From positions 1-39,157 of the forward strand of contig MVZB01000001.1 of the NCBI GenBank assembly GCA_002068205.1: a stretch of DNA of 39,157 nt, written 5' to 3'. Source of the stretch: a candidate division BRC1 bacterium ADurb.BinA292. Lineage in GTDB: Bacteria > Sumerlaeota > Sumerlaeia > MVZB01. A program made the translations under genes and the position numbers. The stretch's first letter is position 1. Each line of letters opens with the position of its first letter. The notes under the pieces are model-generated. The model made no database searches. It was given only the letters and a program-made list of their open reading frames with translations, and was not told the DNA's origin. Shown here piece by piece: positions 9,267-17,662 of the stretch.

Positions 9267-10223
9267 TCAGACCTGGCTGAGGACCGGCGTCTTCTTCATC
9301 TCGCGCCGGCCCGCGCACTGGATGGCTTCGGCATTGGCCAGGTATTGCTCCAGCGGAACCAGTTCGTAGGCGCGGATCAGTTCCTGCACATCGACTTCCT
9401 GGTCGCGCGGCAGAATCCGCCACCACGCCTCTTCGGGATAGATCTTGATCTCGATCGCGCGGCCCAGGTCGGCGCGCAGCCGGTCGATCTTCTCGAAATG
9501 GAAATCGAGGTGAAACAGCGGGCTGTCGAGCCGCAGGGTCGCCGCCACCCATTTCTGGTAAATTGCTTCCCAGTTCAGGTCGAGGCCGTCGATGTCGATG
9601 ATGCGGCAGCTCGTGCGGCAGGTGGCGGCGACGATCGGGACGTGGAACAGCGTCGCCATCGAATGGAGGACGCGGCCGGCCGGATAGGCCGAGGAAAAGA
9701 AGATGATCTCCGCGCCGGCCTGCTTCAGTTCATCCCAGTTGCGCCACCAGTTCGCGTCGAAGCAGATCTGGCAGCCGATTCTGGCGAAGTCGGTCTCGAT
9801 GATGGTCGGCGCGGGATCGCCGGGAATAATGTAGTCCTCGACCTCGCAGCCGGGGCCGGCGGTCGGATGGATTTTGTCGTAACGGCCGCAAATCTCGCCG
9901 TTGCGGTCGAGGACCACGCACGTGTTGTAGATGTGTTCGCCCCGGCGTTCGATGAACGGGCAGATGATGTAGCACCCATGCTGGCGGGCCTTCTCGCGCA
10001 TGCGGGTCACGGTCGGGCCGTCGGCCGTCTGCGCCATTTCGGGATGACACGAGGAGACGAGCCGCGTGTCGAACGTCTCGGTCATGCACATGATGTCGGG
10101 CTGTTCCGAACCGCTGATCTCATCGATGACGTCGCTGGCGTAGTTCAGGTTGTCCTCGAGCGTGCGCGGCTGCTTGTCGAAGCGGTCGATCGTGAACGCC
10201 GCGACGTTGACTTTGCGTATCAT
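9267..10223 (-). CDS. carbon-nitrogen hydrolase (nitrilase superfamily) amidase
   Basis: The Glu-Lys-Cys triad contexts are present: MTETF, YDKIHP and IGCQICFDANW. I place the start at the ATG at 10223-10221 (MIRKVNVAAF), which is preceded by AAGGGGA. The track start at 10250 is a TTG nine codons upstream. Confidence 0.8.
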   Translation of the reverse strand: MIRKVNVAAFTIDRFDKQPRTLEDNLNYASDVIDEISGSEQPDIMCMTETFDTRLVSSCHPEMAQTADGPTVTRMREKARQHGCYIICPFIERRGEHIYNTCVVLDRNGEICGRYDKIHPTAGPGCEVEDYIIPGDPAPTIIETDFARIGCQICFDANWWRNWDELKQAGAEIIFFSSAYPAGRVLHSMATLFHVPIVAATCRTSCRIIDIDGLDLNWEAIYQKWVAATLRLDSPLFHLDFHFEKIDRLRADLGRAIEIKIYPEEAWWRILPRDQEVDVQELIRAYELVPLEQYLANAEAIQCAGRREMKKTPVLSQV

Positions 10224-10492
10224 GATGCGTGTCCCCTTTGCGTGGTGCAATAGCCCGCGGAGGCAGTAGCTTGGTAACCGATCGTTTATATCCTACCCCG
10301 GCCGCGTTTCCCCCACAAGCGAAATTCCGGCGTCGCCGTAAGCCACTCGTTCTCTGCTCGCAGCCTCTCAGGCAATCCCCTTCCGCCGGGCTTCCCCTTT
10401 TCGCCCGCCGCGGATAAAATGATCACTCCGCGCGGATCGGCCCGCGCGCCGCGCGCCGCATCCCCCGCCCTTGCCGGCCTGGAGCCGCCACG

Positions 10493-12403
10493 ATGCCCCG
10501 CCTTTGCATTCCGCTCGTCCTGACCCTCGTCGTTGCGCTCATCGCGCCGGCGCCCCTCCCGGCGCAATCGGCCGGTTCGGACATGCCGACGGAGATCACC
10601 GAACGGCTCTGGCGCGATCCCGGTCCCGAGCAGGACGGCCCCGGCGCGCCCCGACTGATGGTGGTCTATCCCGCCGCCGCCGGCGGGCCGTATGACGGCG
10701 AGGCGATGCGCTACGCCGGCCGCGTCGACCCCGAGGACGCGACGGTGACGCTCAACGGCGACGAATTGCAGGTTTACCCCGGCGGCGTGTTCACCGGACT
10801 GCGCCGTTTCGGCGACGCCGAGAGCGAGACCTGGACCTTCCGCGCCGCCGCCGGCGGCAAAACGACCACGGTCAGCCGCTCGCTCCGCATCCGGCGGCCG
10901 GCGCCGCCGCCCGCCCATTGGCCGCTGCAATTCGCCTCCTGGCCCCACTCCCCTTCCGGGCTGTTCGTCCTGCCCGAAGGCGAAGAGCTCGAGATCAAAC
11001 TGTTTGCCAGCCCCGGCCACAGCGCCGAATACCGCATCGGCGAGGCCGGCGCCTGGCGCGCGATGACCCCCGCCGAGCCGCACCCCCGGCTGGGAGGCGT
11101 CTACACCGCCTCGCTGACGCCGCCGCTGCTGGACGACGCCGGGCCGCGCACCGTTCACTTCCGCCTCAGCGGCAGCCACGAGGGCCGGTCCGACCGCATC
11201 GAGCGGGCCTCCGCGCTGCGGGTCGCGGCGCGGCCCGACGGCGTGCGCTACGCCGGCCGCGTCACGAACTACCTGGCCAATTACCTCAAGCACTCCGACC
11301 CCGAGAACTGGGACCGTTATGGCCAGCTCGTCAAGGGCACGCCGTTTCCGGTCACGGAGGTCCGCGGCGACCGCTGCAAGGCCGATTTCGGCCGGGGAGA
11401 AACCGGCTGGCTCGAGTTGGAACATGTCAAGATCGACTGGGAACCGTTCGCCGGGCCCGCACCGCGGCTGGACGAGACGCGCGTCGTCGTCACCAGCGAC
11501 AGCCTGACGCTCGCATGGCCCGACGCCGCCCAGCCTGTCCTCTACGTATTCGACGACCGGAGTCACGCCGGCCCCGAGCATGAGGTCCGGCTCAGCCTCC
11601 CCGGCGCCGACGAAAGCATGCGTTGCGATCCGCCGGACTCCCTCCCCGGCGGGCCGGTCGACTCGCTCCAGTTCCGCCCAGCCGAGGGCGCGGCGGCGCC
11701 CGCCTTCCTCATTTCGCTCACCCGGCCGCTATGGGGTTACTCGATGCTGGCGGGGGCGAGCGACGAGGCCGACCAGCCGGGGCTGCGCTTCGTGCTGCGC
11801 ACACGGCCGCGCCTGCCGGCGGCCACCGCCGCCAAGCCCCTCGCCGGCGCCCGGATCATGCTCGATGCCGGCCATGGCGGCGACGACCTCGGCGCCATCG
11901 GCCCCTCGGGCCTCGTCGAGGCCGATCTCAACCTCGTGCAGGCCGCCTGGGTGCAGACCTATCTGGAGGAACTGGGCGCCGAGGTCGAACAGACCCGCCG
12001 GTCGCACGCGACGGTTGACCTGGACGAACGCGCCCTGGCCGCCCACCGCTGGGATCCCGACCTGTTCGTCAGCCTCCACCATAATTCGGTCGGCTTCACC
12101 AGCGATCCGCTCGCCGACAGCGGACCGATTGTCTTCTATCACTATGACCACGCGCGGCCGGTCGCCGAGACCGTCGGCGAGGCGCTCACCAGCGCCATCG
12201 CCCCCGACCGGTCCCCCCGGGTGAACAGCGCCGTGTTCCGCGTCGCGCGCAACGTCCTGCTTGCCCCCTCGATCCTGATCGAGACCGGGTATGTCTGCAA
12301 TCCGCACGATGAAGCGGCGCTGCGGCGGACCGAGAGCATCAAGCAATCGGCGCGCGCAATCGCCGAGGGGATTCGCGCGGCGCTGACGGAGCCGGCCGAT
12401 TGA
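10493..12403 (+). CDS. secreted N-acetylmuramoyl-L-alanine amidase (Amidase_3 / AmiC-type) with a large uncharacterised N-terminal region
   Basis: 636 aa. Signal peptide MPRLCIPLVLTLVVALIAPAPLPAQS. The C-terminal domain carries IMLDAGHGGDDLGAIGP, DLFVSLHHNS and LIETGYVCNPHDE, which are typical Amidase_3 blocks. Confidence 0.85.
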   Translation: MPRLCIPLVLTLVVALIAPAPLPAQSAGSDMPTEITERLWRDPGPEQDGPGAPRLMVVYPAAAGGPYDGEAMRYAGRVDPEDATVTLNGDELQVYPGGVFTGLRRFGDAESETWTFRAAAGGKTTTVSRSLRIRRPAPPPAHWPLQFASWPHSPSGLFVLPEGEELEIKLFASPGHSAEYRIGEAGAWRAMTPAEPHPRLGGVYTASLTPPLLDDAGPRTVHFRLSGSHEGRSDRIERASALRVAARPDGVRYAGRVTNYLANYLKHSDPENWDRYGQLVKGTPFPVTEVRGDRCKADFGRGETGWLELEHVKIDWEPFAGPAPRLDETRVVVTSDSLTLAWPDAAQPVLYVFDDRSHAGPEHEVRLSLPGADESMRCDPPDSLPGGPVDSLQFRPAEGAAAPAFLISLTRPLWGYSMLAGASDEADQPGLRFVLRTRPRLPAATAAKPLAGARIMLDAGHGGDDLGAIGPSGLVEADLNLVQAAWVQTYLEELGAEVEQTRRSHATVDLDERALAAHRWDPDLFVSLHHNSVGFTSDPLADSGPIVFYHYDHARPVAETVGEALTSAIAPDRSPRVNSAVFRVARNVLLAPSILIETGYVCNPHDEAALRRTESIKQSARAIAEGIRAALTEPAD

Positions 12404-12509
12404 GCCGTGGCGACAGGTCGGGCTCAAGATTCCCCGCGCCCCCTCCGATGCGTACTGGGAGCCCCATGCTGCCCCGTGCGCCCGAAGCTCGCCGTCGGAG
12501 TCCCGTGCC

Positions 12510-12836
12510 ATGCCCGCATCCGCCTACAACTGTCACTACGTCCACGCCACGGGGACGCTGCAGATCGTCCTGCTGCCCGGCTTCCGCCAGGAATACTGGG
12601 ATGAACTGATGCATTATGTGGAAAACACCGACCGGTCGGGCAATTACCGCTGGGATCTCGACCTGCGGCGGATCGAGGTGATCAACAGCATGATGCTCGG
12701 CCTGATCGTCGGTCTGCGCGCCCGGCTCGACGCGCGCGGCGGCAACCTGCGCGTGCTGATCGCGCCGAATTCGAAAGTCGAGCAACTCCTCCAATTGACC
12801 CGCTTGGACCAGATCGTCGAGACGGTGAAAGCCTGA
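12510..12836 (+). CDS. STAS-domain anti-sigma-factor antagonist-like protein
   Basis: 108 aa. The pattern DLRRIEVINSMMLGLIVGLRARLDARGGNLRVLIAPNSKVEQLLQLTRLDQIV matches the SpoIIAA/RsbV-type STAS layout. The Ser in INSMM occupies the usual phospho-site position. Confidence 0.7.
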   Translation: MPASAYNCHYVHATGTLQIVLLPGFRQEYWDELMHYVENTDRSGNYRWDLDLRRIEVINSMMLGLIVGLRARLDARGGNLRVLIAPNSKVEQLLQLTRLDQIVETVKA

Positions 12837-12842
12837 GCCGCC

Positions 12843-12871
12843 AACGAGGCGAGTCGTCTCCCGTCCTCGTT
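12843..12871. terminator. 7-bp hairpin AACGAGG...CCTCGTT between convergent genes (weak bidirectional terminator candidate)
   Basis: It lies between the STAS stop (12836) and the PP2C gene stop (12890). There is no strong U-tract. Confidence 0.3.
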
Positions 12872-12889
12872 TACGATAATCAACCCGCC

Positions 12890-14620
12890 TCAGAACGTGT
12901 CGCGGCGATCAAGCGACTTGGCGACCAGGATCGTCACGTCGTCAAAGGCCTCGGCGTCGCGCGAGAACCGGTTGACTTCCTCCAGCATGCCGCGGCGGAA
13001 ATCGGCCGCCGGCTCGCCGACATGCCGCCGCAGGTAGTTGATGATCCGCTGCTGGCCGAACATGTCGCCCTTGACGTTCTGAGCGTCGGTCACGCCGTCG
13101 CTGTACATCAGCAGCATGCCGCCGGGGGGCAGTTCCAGGGTCTCGGTCTCGTAATTGATCCCCGGCATCACGCCGAGCAGCGTTCCGCCCGATTCCAGCG
13201 TCCGCAGTGTGCCGTCGGCCAGGCAGAGCAGCGGGTGCACATGGCCCGCGTTGCAGTAGGTGAACTGGCGCGTGTGGGGGTCCAGGACGCCCAGCACCAT
13301 TGTGACGAACATGCTGTTGGAAGTGTCGCGGCAGACCATCTGGTTGATGCGATCGACGATCGTCGCAAGCGTTTCGTTGCCCAGCGAGCGCACCTCGATC
13401 TGCACGGCGGTGCGGATCGCCGCCAGCAGAATCGCGGCGGGAACCCCCTTGCCGGTCACGTCGGCGATCGCCAGCACGAGCCGGCCGTCCGGCAGCGAGA
13501 TGACGTCGAAGTAGTCCCCCCCGACCATATAGGCCGGCCGCGTCGTGCCGGAGATTTCGAAGTTGTCCAGCTCCGGCATGCTCTTGGGCAGCAGGTGTTC
13601 CTGGATCGTGCGGGCGATCTCCAGTTCGCGGGCGCGGGCGTGCTGCTCGAGCAGTTGGCTGTGGAAACAGGCGTTGGCGATGGCGACGGCCGACTGCTTG
13701 GCGATGCCCGCCACCAGTTTGAGGTCCTCCTCGCCGAACGAGCCGCTGGGCCGGCGCCGGTCGAGGTAAATCACGCCGAGGACTTCGTTGTTGAAGATCA
13801 GCGGGGCGCACAGAGCCGAATGGATCCGCTGGATGACGATCGAATCGGAGGCGCGGAAGCGCGCGTCGCGCGGCGCATCGCTGACGATGATCGCCACTTC
13901 GTCCTCGACCGACTTGGTGATGATCGAGTTGGAGATGATGATGTCGTCGGTCGAATCGGGCGGGCGCCGCACCGCGCGCGGCAGCAGGATGCCGTAGCGT
14001 TCGTCGTGGAGCAGGATGCCCGAGCGGTCCGGCTTGAGCGTCTCCTGCACCAGATCGATGATCTTCTCTAGCAGCTCGTCCAGGTTGAGGACGATGCTGG
14101 TGACGTCGAGCAGGCGGTAGAGCACGCCGAGCTGGCGGTTGCCGGCATACGGCATGGTGTAGAGCGGCGCGGTCGAATCGCCCGAGCTCTTCTCCGACAT
14201 GCGCAGGATCTGGCTCGGGACAAGCATGCCGTGGTCGTCGAGCACGCGCACGCCGCTGCTCGTTTCGACATGGCCGTCGTGTGTCGGTTCCAGCTCGAAG
14301 GCGAAGACGGTATCGCCGATCTGAATCCGGTCGCCGTGGCCCAGCACCTGGTCGCCCGGGATCGCCCGGCCGTTGAGCAGCGTGCCGTTTTTGCTCCCGA
14401 GGTCGCGCACGAGCCACTGCGAGCCGTTCAGGATGAAGAGCGTGTGATTGCGCGACATGCGCGGATCGATGATCTGAATCACATTGTCCGGTCCGCGCCC
14501 GACGGAAACCACCTTGTCGCGCAACGGAAAGACCATCCCCTTCTGCTCGCCTTCCTCGACGACGAGTCGGCAGGGGGCGTCATCGGACGAATGTTGCGCG
14601 CGGTCCAGCGTCTGATTCAT
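12890..14620 (-). CDS. FHA-GAF-PP2C (SpoIIE/RsbU-type) serine phosphatase
   Basis: FHA block: VVSVGRGPDNVIQIIDPRMSRNHTLFILNGSQWLVRDLGSKNGTLLNG. The central part is GAF-like. PP2C/SpoIIE block: GGDYFDVISLPDGRLVLAIADVTGKGVPAAILLAAIR ... LLMYSDGVTD. I prefer the start at ATG 14620 (MNQTLDRAQ). The track start at 14671 is 17 codons upstream. Confidence 0.85.
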   Translation of the reverse strand: MNQTLDRAQHSSDDAPCRLVVEEGEQKGMVFPLRDKVVSVGRGPDNVIQIIDPRMSRNHTLFILNGSQWLVRDLGSKNGTLLNGRAIPGDQVLGHGDRIQIGDTVFAFELEPTHDGHVETSSGVRVLDDHGMLVPSQILRMSEKSSGDSTAPLYTMPYAGNRQLGVLYRLLDVTSIVLNLDELLEKIIDLVQETLKPDRSGILLHDERYGILLPRAVRRPPDSTDDIIISNSIITKSVEDEVAIIVSDAPRDARFRASDSIVIQRIHSALCAPLIFNNEVLGVIYLDRRRPSGSFGEEDLKLVAGIAKQSAVAIANACFHSQLLEQHARARELEIARTIQEHLLPKSMPELDNFEISGTTRPAYMVGGDYFDVISLPDGRLVLAIADVTGKGVPAAILLAAIRTAVQIEVRSLGNETLATIVDRINQMVCRDTSNSMFVTMVLGVLDPHTRQFTYCNAGHVHPLLCLADGTLRTLESGGTLLGVMPGINYETETLELPPGGMLLMYSDGVTDAQNVKGDMFGQQRIINYLRRHVGEPAADFRRGMLEEVNRFSRDAEAFDDVTILVAKSLDRRDTF

Positions 14621-14763
14621 GCCACTGACCTTTGATCGACATGCGGGGGGCCGGCGGGGGGGCAGGTTCACCGGTGCGCGCCTGGCGGCCCTCCCCGGCT
14701 ACTGCTGGTCATCGTATCGGAAGAATCCCGATTTTCCATCAGTCTGTATCCAGCGGGCGAAGG

Positions 14764-15765
14764 TCAAGCGGCGCGCCGCGCGCGAAGCTGGTCGAGCGCC
14801 ACCGCCAGCACGATGATCAGGCCGACGAGAATCTCCTGGATGTAGTTCTCCCAGCCGGCCTGCGTCGCGCCGGTGGCCAGCACGCTCATGATCAATGCCC
14901 CGGCCAGCGTCCCCAGGATGCGGCCCTCGCCGCCCATCAGGCTGCCGCCGCCGATCACCACGGCTGCAATGACGTTCAGCTCCAGGCCGACGCCGACCGA
15001 GGGATCGCCGCGCGTCAGCCGCGCCGCCTGCACCACGCCGGCCAGGCCGGCCATCGCGCCGGCGACGACGTAGAGGCTGATTTTCAGCCAGCCGATCCGC
15101 AGGCCGCACAGCCGGGCAGTCGGCTCCGAGCTGCCCAGCGCCACCACATGGCGACCGTAGACCGTCCGGTGCAGCACGAGGCCGAAGACGAGCGCCAGGC
15201 CGAGCGCGAGCCAGACGCTCGGCGCCACCAGCAGCCAACTCCAGCCCTCCGGCAGGTAGGGCTGCACCCATTCGCCGAAATCGTAGGTGATGTTGATCGG
15301 AATGTTGGCGGACTGCCATTTGGCGGCCCCGCGTGCGATCGAGAGCATCCCCAGCGTGGCGATGAACGGGACCACGCGCAGGCCGACGATCGCCAGTCCG
15401 TTAATTGCTCCGCAGAGCATGCCAATGCCGATGCCCGCACCGAACGCCGCGCACCAGGCGGCGGGCGTCATCGCGCCGTCGACGCCGATCAGGCCGGCAA
15501 GCGACTTGGCGCAGACGACGCTCGCCAGCGCCACGACCGAGCCGGTCGACAGATCGATGCCGCCGCCGATGATGACCAGTGTCATGCCCAGCGCGGCGAT
15601 GGCGACGATCGTCGTGTCGGCGAGGATCGTCTGGACGTTATACCAGTCGGTGAATCCCTCGCCGACGATGATCCGGAAGATCACGACGATCAGCCCCAGG
15701 CCGAACAGCGGCCCCAAGGCCGAAGCCAGGCGGCGAAGGGACGGCGCGTGAGGGAGCAGCGACAT
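14764..15765 (-). CDS. sugar ABC transporter permease (RbsC/AraH type)
   Basis: 333 aa, polytopic. Typical blocks are GGIDLSTGSV, RLTRGDPSVG.GLELNVIAAVVIGGGSL.GGEG and ILVGLIIVLAV. Confidence 0.85.
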   Translation of the reverse strand: MSLLPHAPSLRRLASALGPLFGLGLIVVIFRIIVGEGFTDWYNVQTILADTTIVAIAALGMTLVIIGGGIDLSTGSVVALASVVCAKSLAGLIGVDGAMTPAAWCAAFGAGIGIGMLCGAINGLAIVGLRVVPFIATLGMLSIARGAAKWQSANIPINITYDFGEWVQPYLPEGWSWLLVAPSVWLALGLALVFGLVLHRTVYGRHVVALGSSEPTARLCGLRIGWLKISLYVVAGAMAGLAGVVQAARLTRGDPSVGVGLELNVIAAVVIGGGSLMGGEGRILGTLAGALIMSVLATGATQAGWENYIQEILVGLIIVLAVALDQLRARRAA

Positions 15766-15851
15766 CGGATTCCTCCCGGAATTTCGCCATTATCGGGATC
15801 AGACGCAAGCCTGCAAGCGGCAACGCCCGGCTTGGTGATCCGCGTTTTCGA

Positions 15852-17334
15852 TCATTCTTCCTCGCGCGGCGGGGGCTCGCCCAGCGTCGCGGCACGCAGC
15901 AGCCGCTCCTCGGTCCACTGCGCGCGCGGCGCCAGCGCCACGAGCCGTCCGCGATACATCACGCCGATCCGATCGCAGATCCCCAGCAGCTCGGGGTTGT
16001 GGCTGCTCGTCAGCAGAATCGCTTTTCCTTCGGCCGCCTCACGATTGAGCCACTCGTAGATCAGCACCTTGGAGCCGACGTCGATCCCGCGCGTCGGCTC
16101 GTCGAGCAGCAGCACGCGCGCCTGGCTGAAGCGCAGCCGGGCCAGCGCCACCTTCTGCTGATTGCCCCCCGAGAGATCCAGCGCCCGCTGGCCGATATCG
16201 CGGTAAACCGTCGAGAGCGCGTCGGCGGCGGGGATGGCGAGGCGGCGCAGGCGAGCGCCCGACAGCCAGCCGATGCGCGCGATCCGCCCCAGTGCGCCGA
16301 GGCCGATGTTTTCGGCGAGGCTCAGCCGCAGGGCCAACCCCTCGTTCTTGCGATCCTCGCTGGCGAAGCCCAGGCCGAGCCGGATCCGGCGATCCGCCCC
16401 CGCCGTCAGCGGCCGCGGCCGGTCGCCGGCGATGAGGACGGCCCCGCCCGACGCCGGCTGCAGCAGGCCGTAGATCGTCCGCAGCAGTTCGCTGCGTCCC
16501 GAGCCGACCAAGCCGCCGATGCCGACGACTTCGCCCGCGCGCAGCGACAACGAAACGCCGGCCGGCCGGCCGCCGGGGCCCGACAGATTCGCCACGGTGA
16601 GCACTTCGGCGCCGGGCGTCCGCGCCGGGCGTGGAAAGAGCTGATCAACGCGGCGGCCCACCATCTTCGCCACCAGGTCATCCGGTCCGATCTCTGCGAC
16701 GCGGCCGCTATCCACCGTACGACCGTCGCGCATGACCGTGTAGCGGTCGCACAGTTCCATCACTTCCTCCAGGAAATGGCTGACATAAAGGAAGCTGACG
16801 CCCTGATCGCGCAGGGCGCGGATCCGGTCGAACAGATGGCGGGCGTCGGCCTGAGTCAGGGCGCTCGTCGGTTCGTCCAGGACGATCAGTTGCGCGTCGG
16901 CCGCCAGCGCGCGGGCAATCTCGACGAACTGCTGCTGCGCCAGCGGCAGTCGCCCGGCCGGCAGGTGCAGCGGGATGTGCGACTGCTCGAGCAGGGCGAG
17001 CAGCGCGCGCACGCGCTCAGCGGACGGCCTCCGGCGGATCCAGCCGGCCCGCGCAAGTTCCTGACCCAGCAGGACGTTTTCGGTGACGGTCAGATGGGGC
17101 GCGATCGCCAGTTCCTGATGGCAGGTGGCGATCCCGCGCCGGCAGTCGGCGGTCGCCCGTGCCTCGGCGCGCCCCCGCGAGAATCTTGATCATCGTGCTC
17201 TTGCCGGCGCCGTTCTCGCCGACGAGGGCGTGGATTTCTCCCCGGCCGATGCTCAGCTCCGCGCCGTCGAGCGCGTGCGTCGCACCGAAATGCTTCTGGA
17301 TGGCGTGAGCGTGGAGGAGAGGGGATTCGGGCAT
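15852..17334 (-). pseudogene. ribose/galactoside-type (RbsA/MglA-like) tandem ABC ATPase disrupted by an out-of-frame internal deletion
   Basis: ORF 17334-17017 gives [17 protein letters not shown]...[19 protein letters not shown] and then nonsense. The rest of the protein ([26 protein letters not shown]..., continuing through the 386-aa ORF ending at 15852) is in another frame. Only 37 nt separate ILAG from GIA. E. coli RbsA has 27 codons at this position, so about 44 nt are missing in the region 17136-17178. Confidence 0.7.
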
Positions 17335-17364
17335 GGAGGCAGAGGTTTGTCCCTCGTGATCGTC

Positions 17365-17594
17365 CTCACTCGAAAATCTGTCCGCTATTCGCGGGATCGC
17401 CTGGATCGGTTCTGCCGTCCCTAAGGGACTCTGTCGCTAGGGGTGTGCCTGTTTCCCGCCACTGGAGTAGCGGGCTGAAGTCTGCCGTCCCTGACGGGAC
17501 TGCCCTGCTGAAGAATCCGGCAAGGCCAAGGCTGTTCGACTCGGCAGTTTGCCCCCCCATTTCCATCCCTCGTTGTGAAGCGCGGGTTCATGAG
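17365..17594. repeat. structured intergenic repeat element, copy A (core)
   Basis: Aligns block by block with 27449-27674, 33353-33574 and 36371-36700. Shared blocks are CTCACTCGAAAAT, GATCGGTTCTGCCGTCCCtaaGGGAC, CCCGCcactggagtaGCGGGCTGAAG, CTGCCGTCCCTGACGGGACTGCC and CCCTCGTTGTGAAGCGCGGGTTCATGAG. It is flanked by a 9-bp inverted repeat: GTCCCTCGT (17349-17357) and ACGAGGGAC (17615-17623). Confidence 0.85.
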
Positions 17595-17662
17595 CCTCGC
17601 AATCGGATTCGAAAACGAGGGACGAGAGACGAAGGGAGGGGGGATTGGCAGAGGAACCCGCT

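Noticed and set aside
17136-17178. Programmed ribosomal frameshifting as an explanation for the split ABC ATPase. The same idea applies to the split oxidoreductase at about 19816.
   Set aside because: Conserved protein segments (about 15 and about 30 residues respectively) are physically missing, not merely shifted. No slippery heptamer or stimulatory structure is evident.
17411-17502. The two CTGCCGTCCC..GGGAC units 69-70 nt apart look superficially like a two-repeat CRISPR mini-array.
   Set aside because: Three points argue against it. The sequence between the units is itself conserved in all four copies, so it is not a variable spacer. The shared unit is only about 20 nt. There are no cas genes in the window.
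17366-17566. A 66-aa ORF on the minus strand inside repeat copy A. Equivalent ORFs are the tail of 27450..29006 in copy B and the 57-aa ATG-initiated frame MNPRFTTR... in copy A.
   Set aside because: The frames are not conserved between copies, because the indels are not multiples of 3. Copies C and D hit stops within 10 codons. The SD-like GAGGGA plus ATG of copy A is absent from the other copies.
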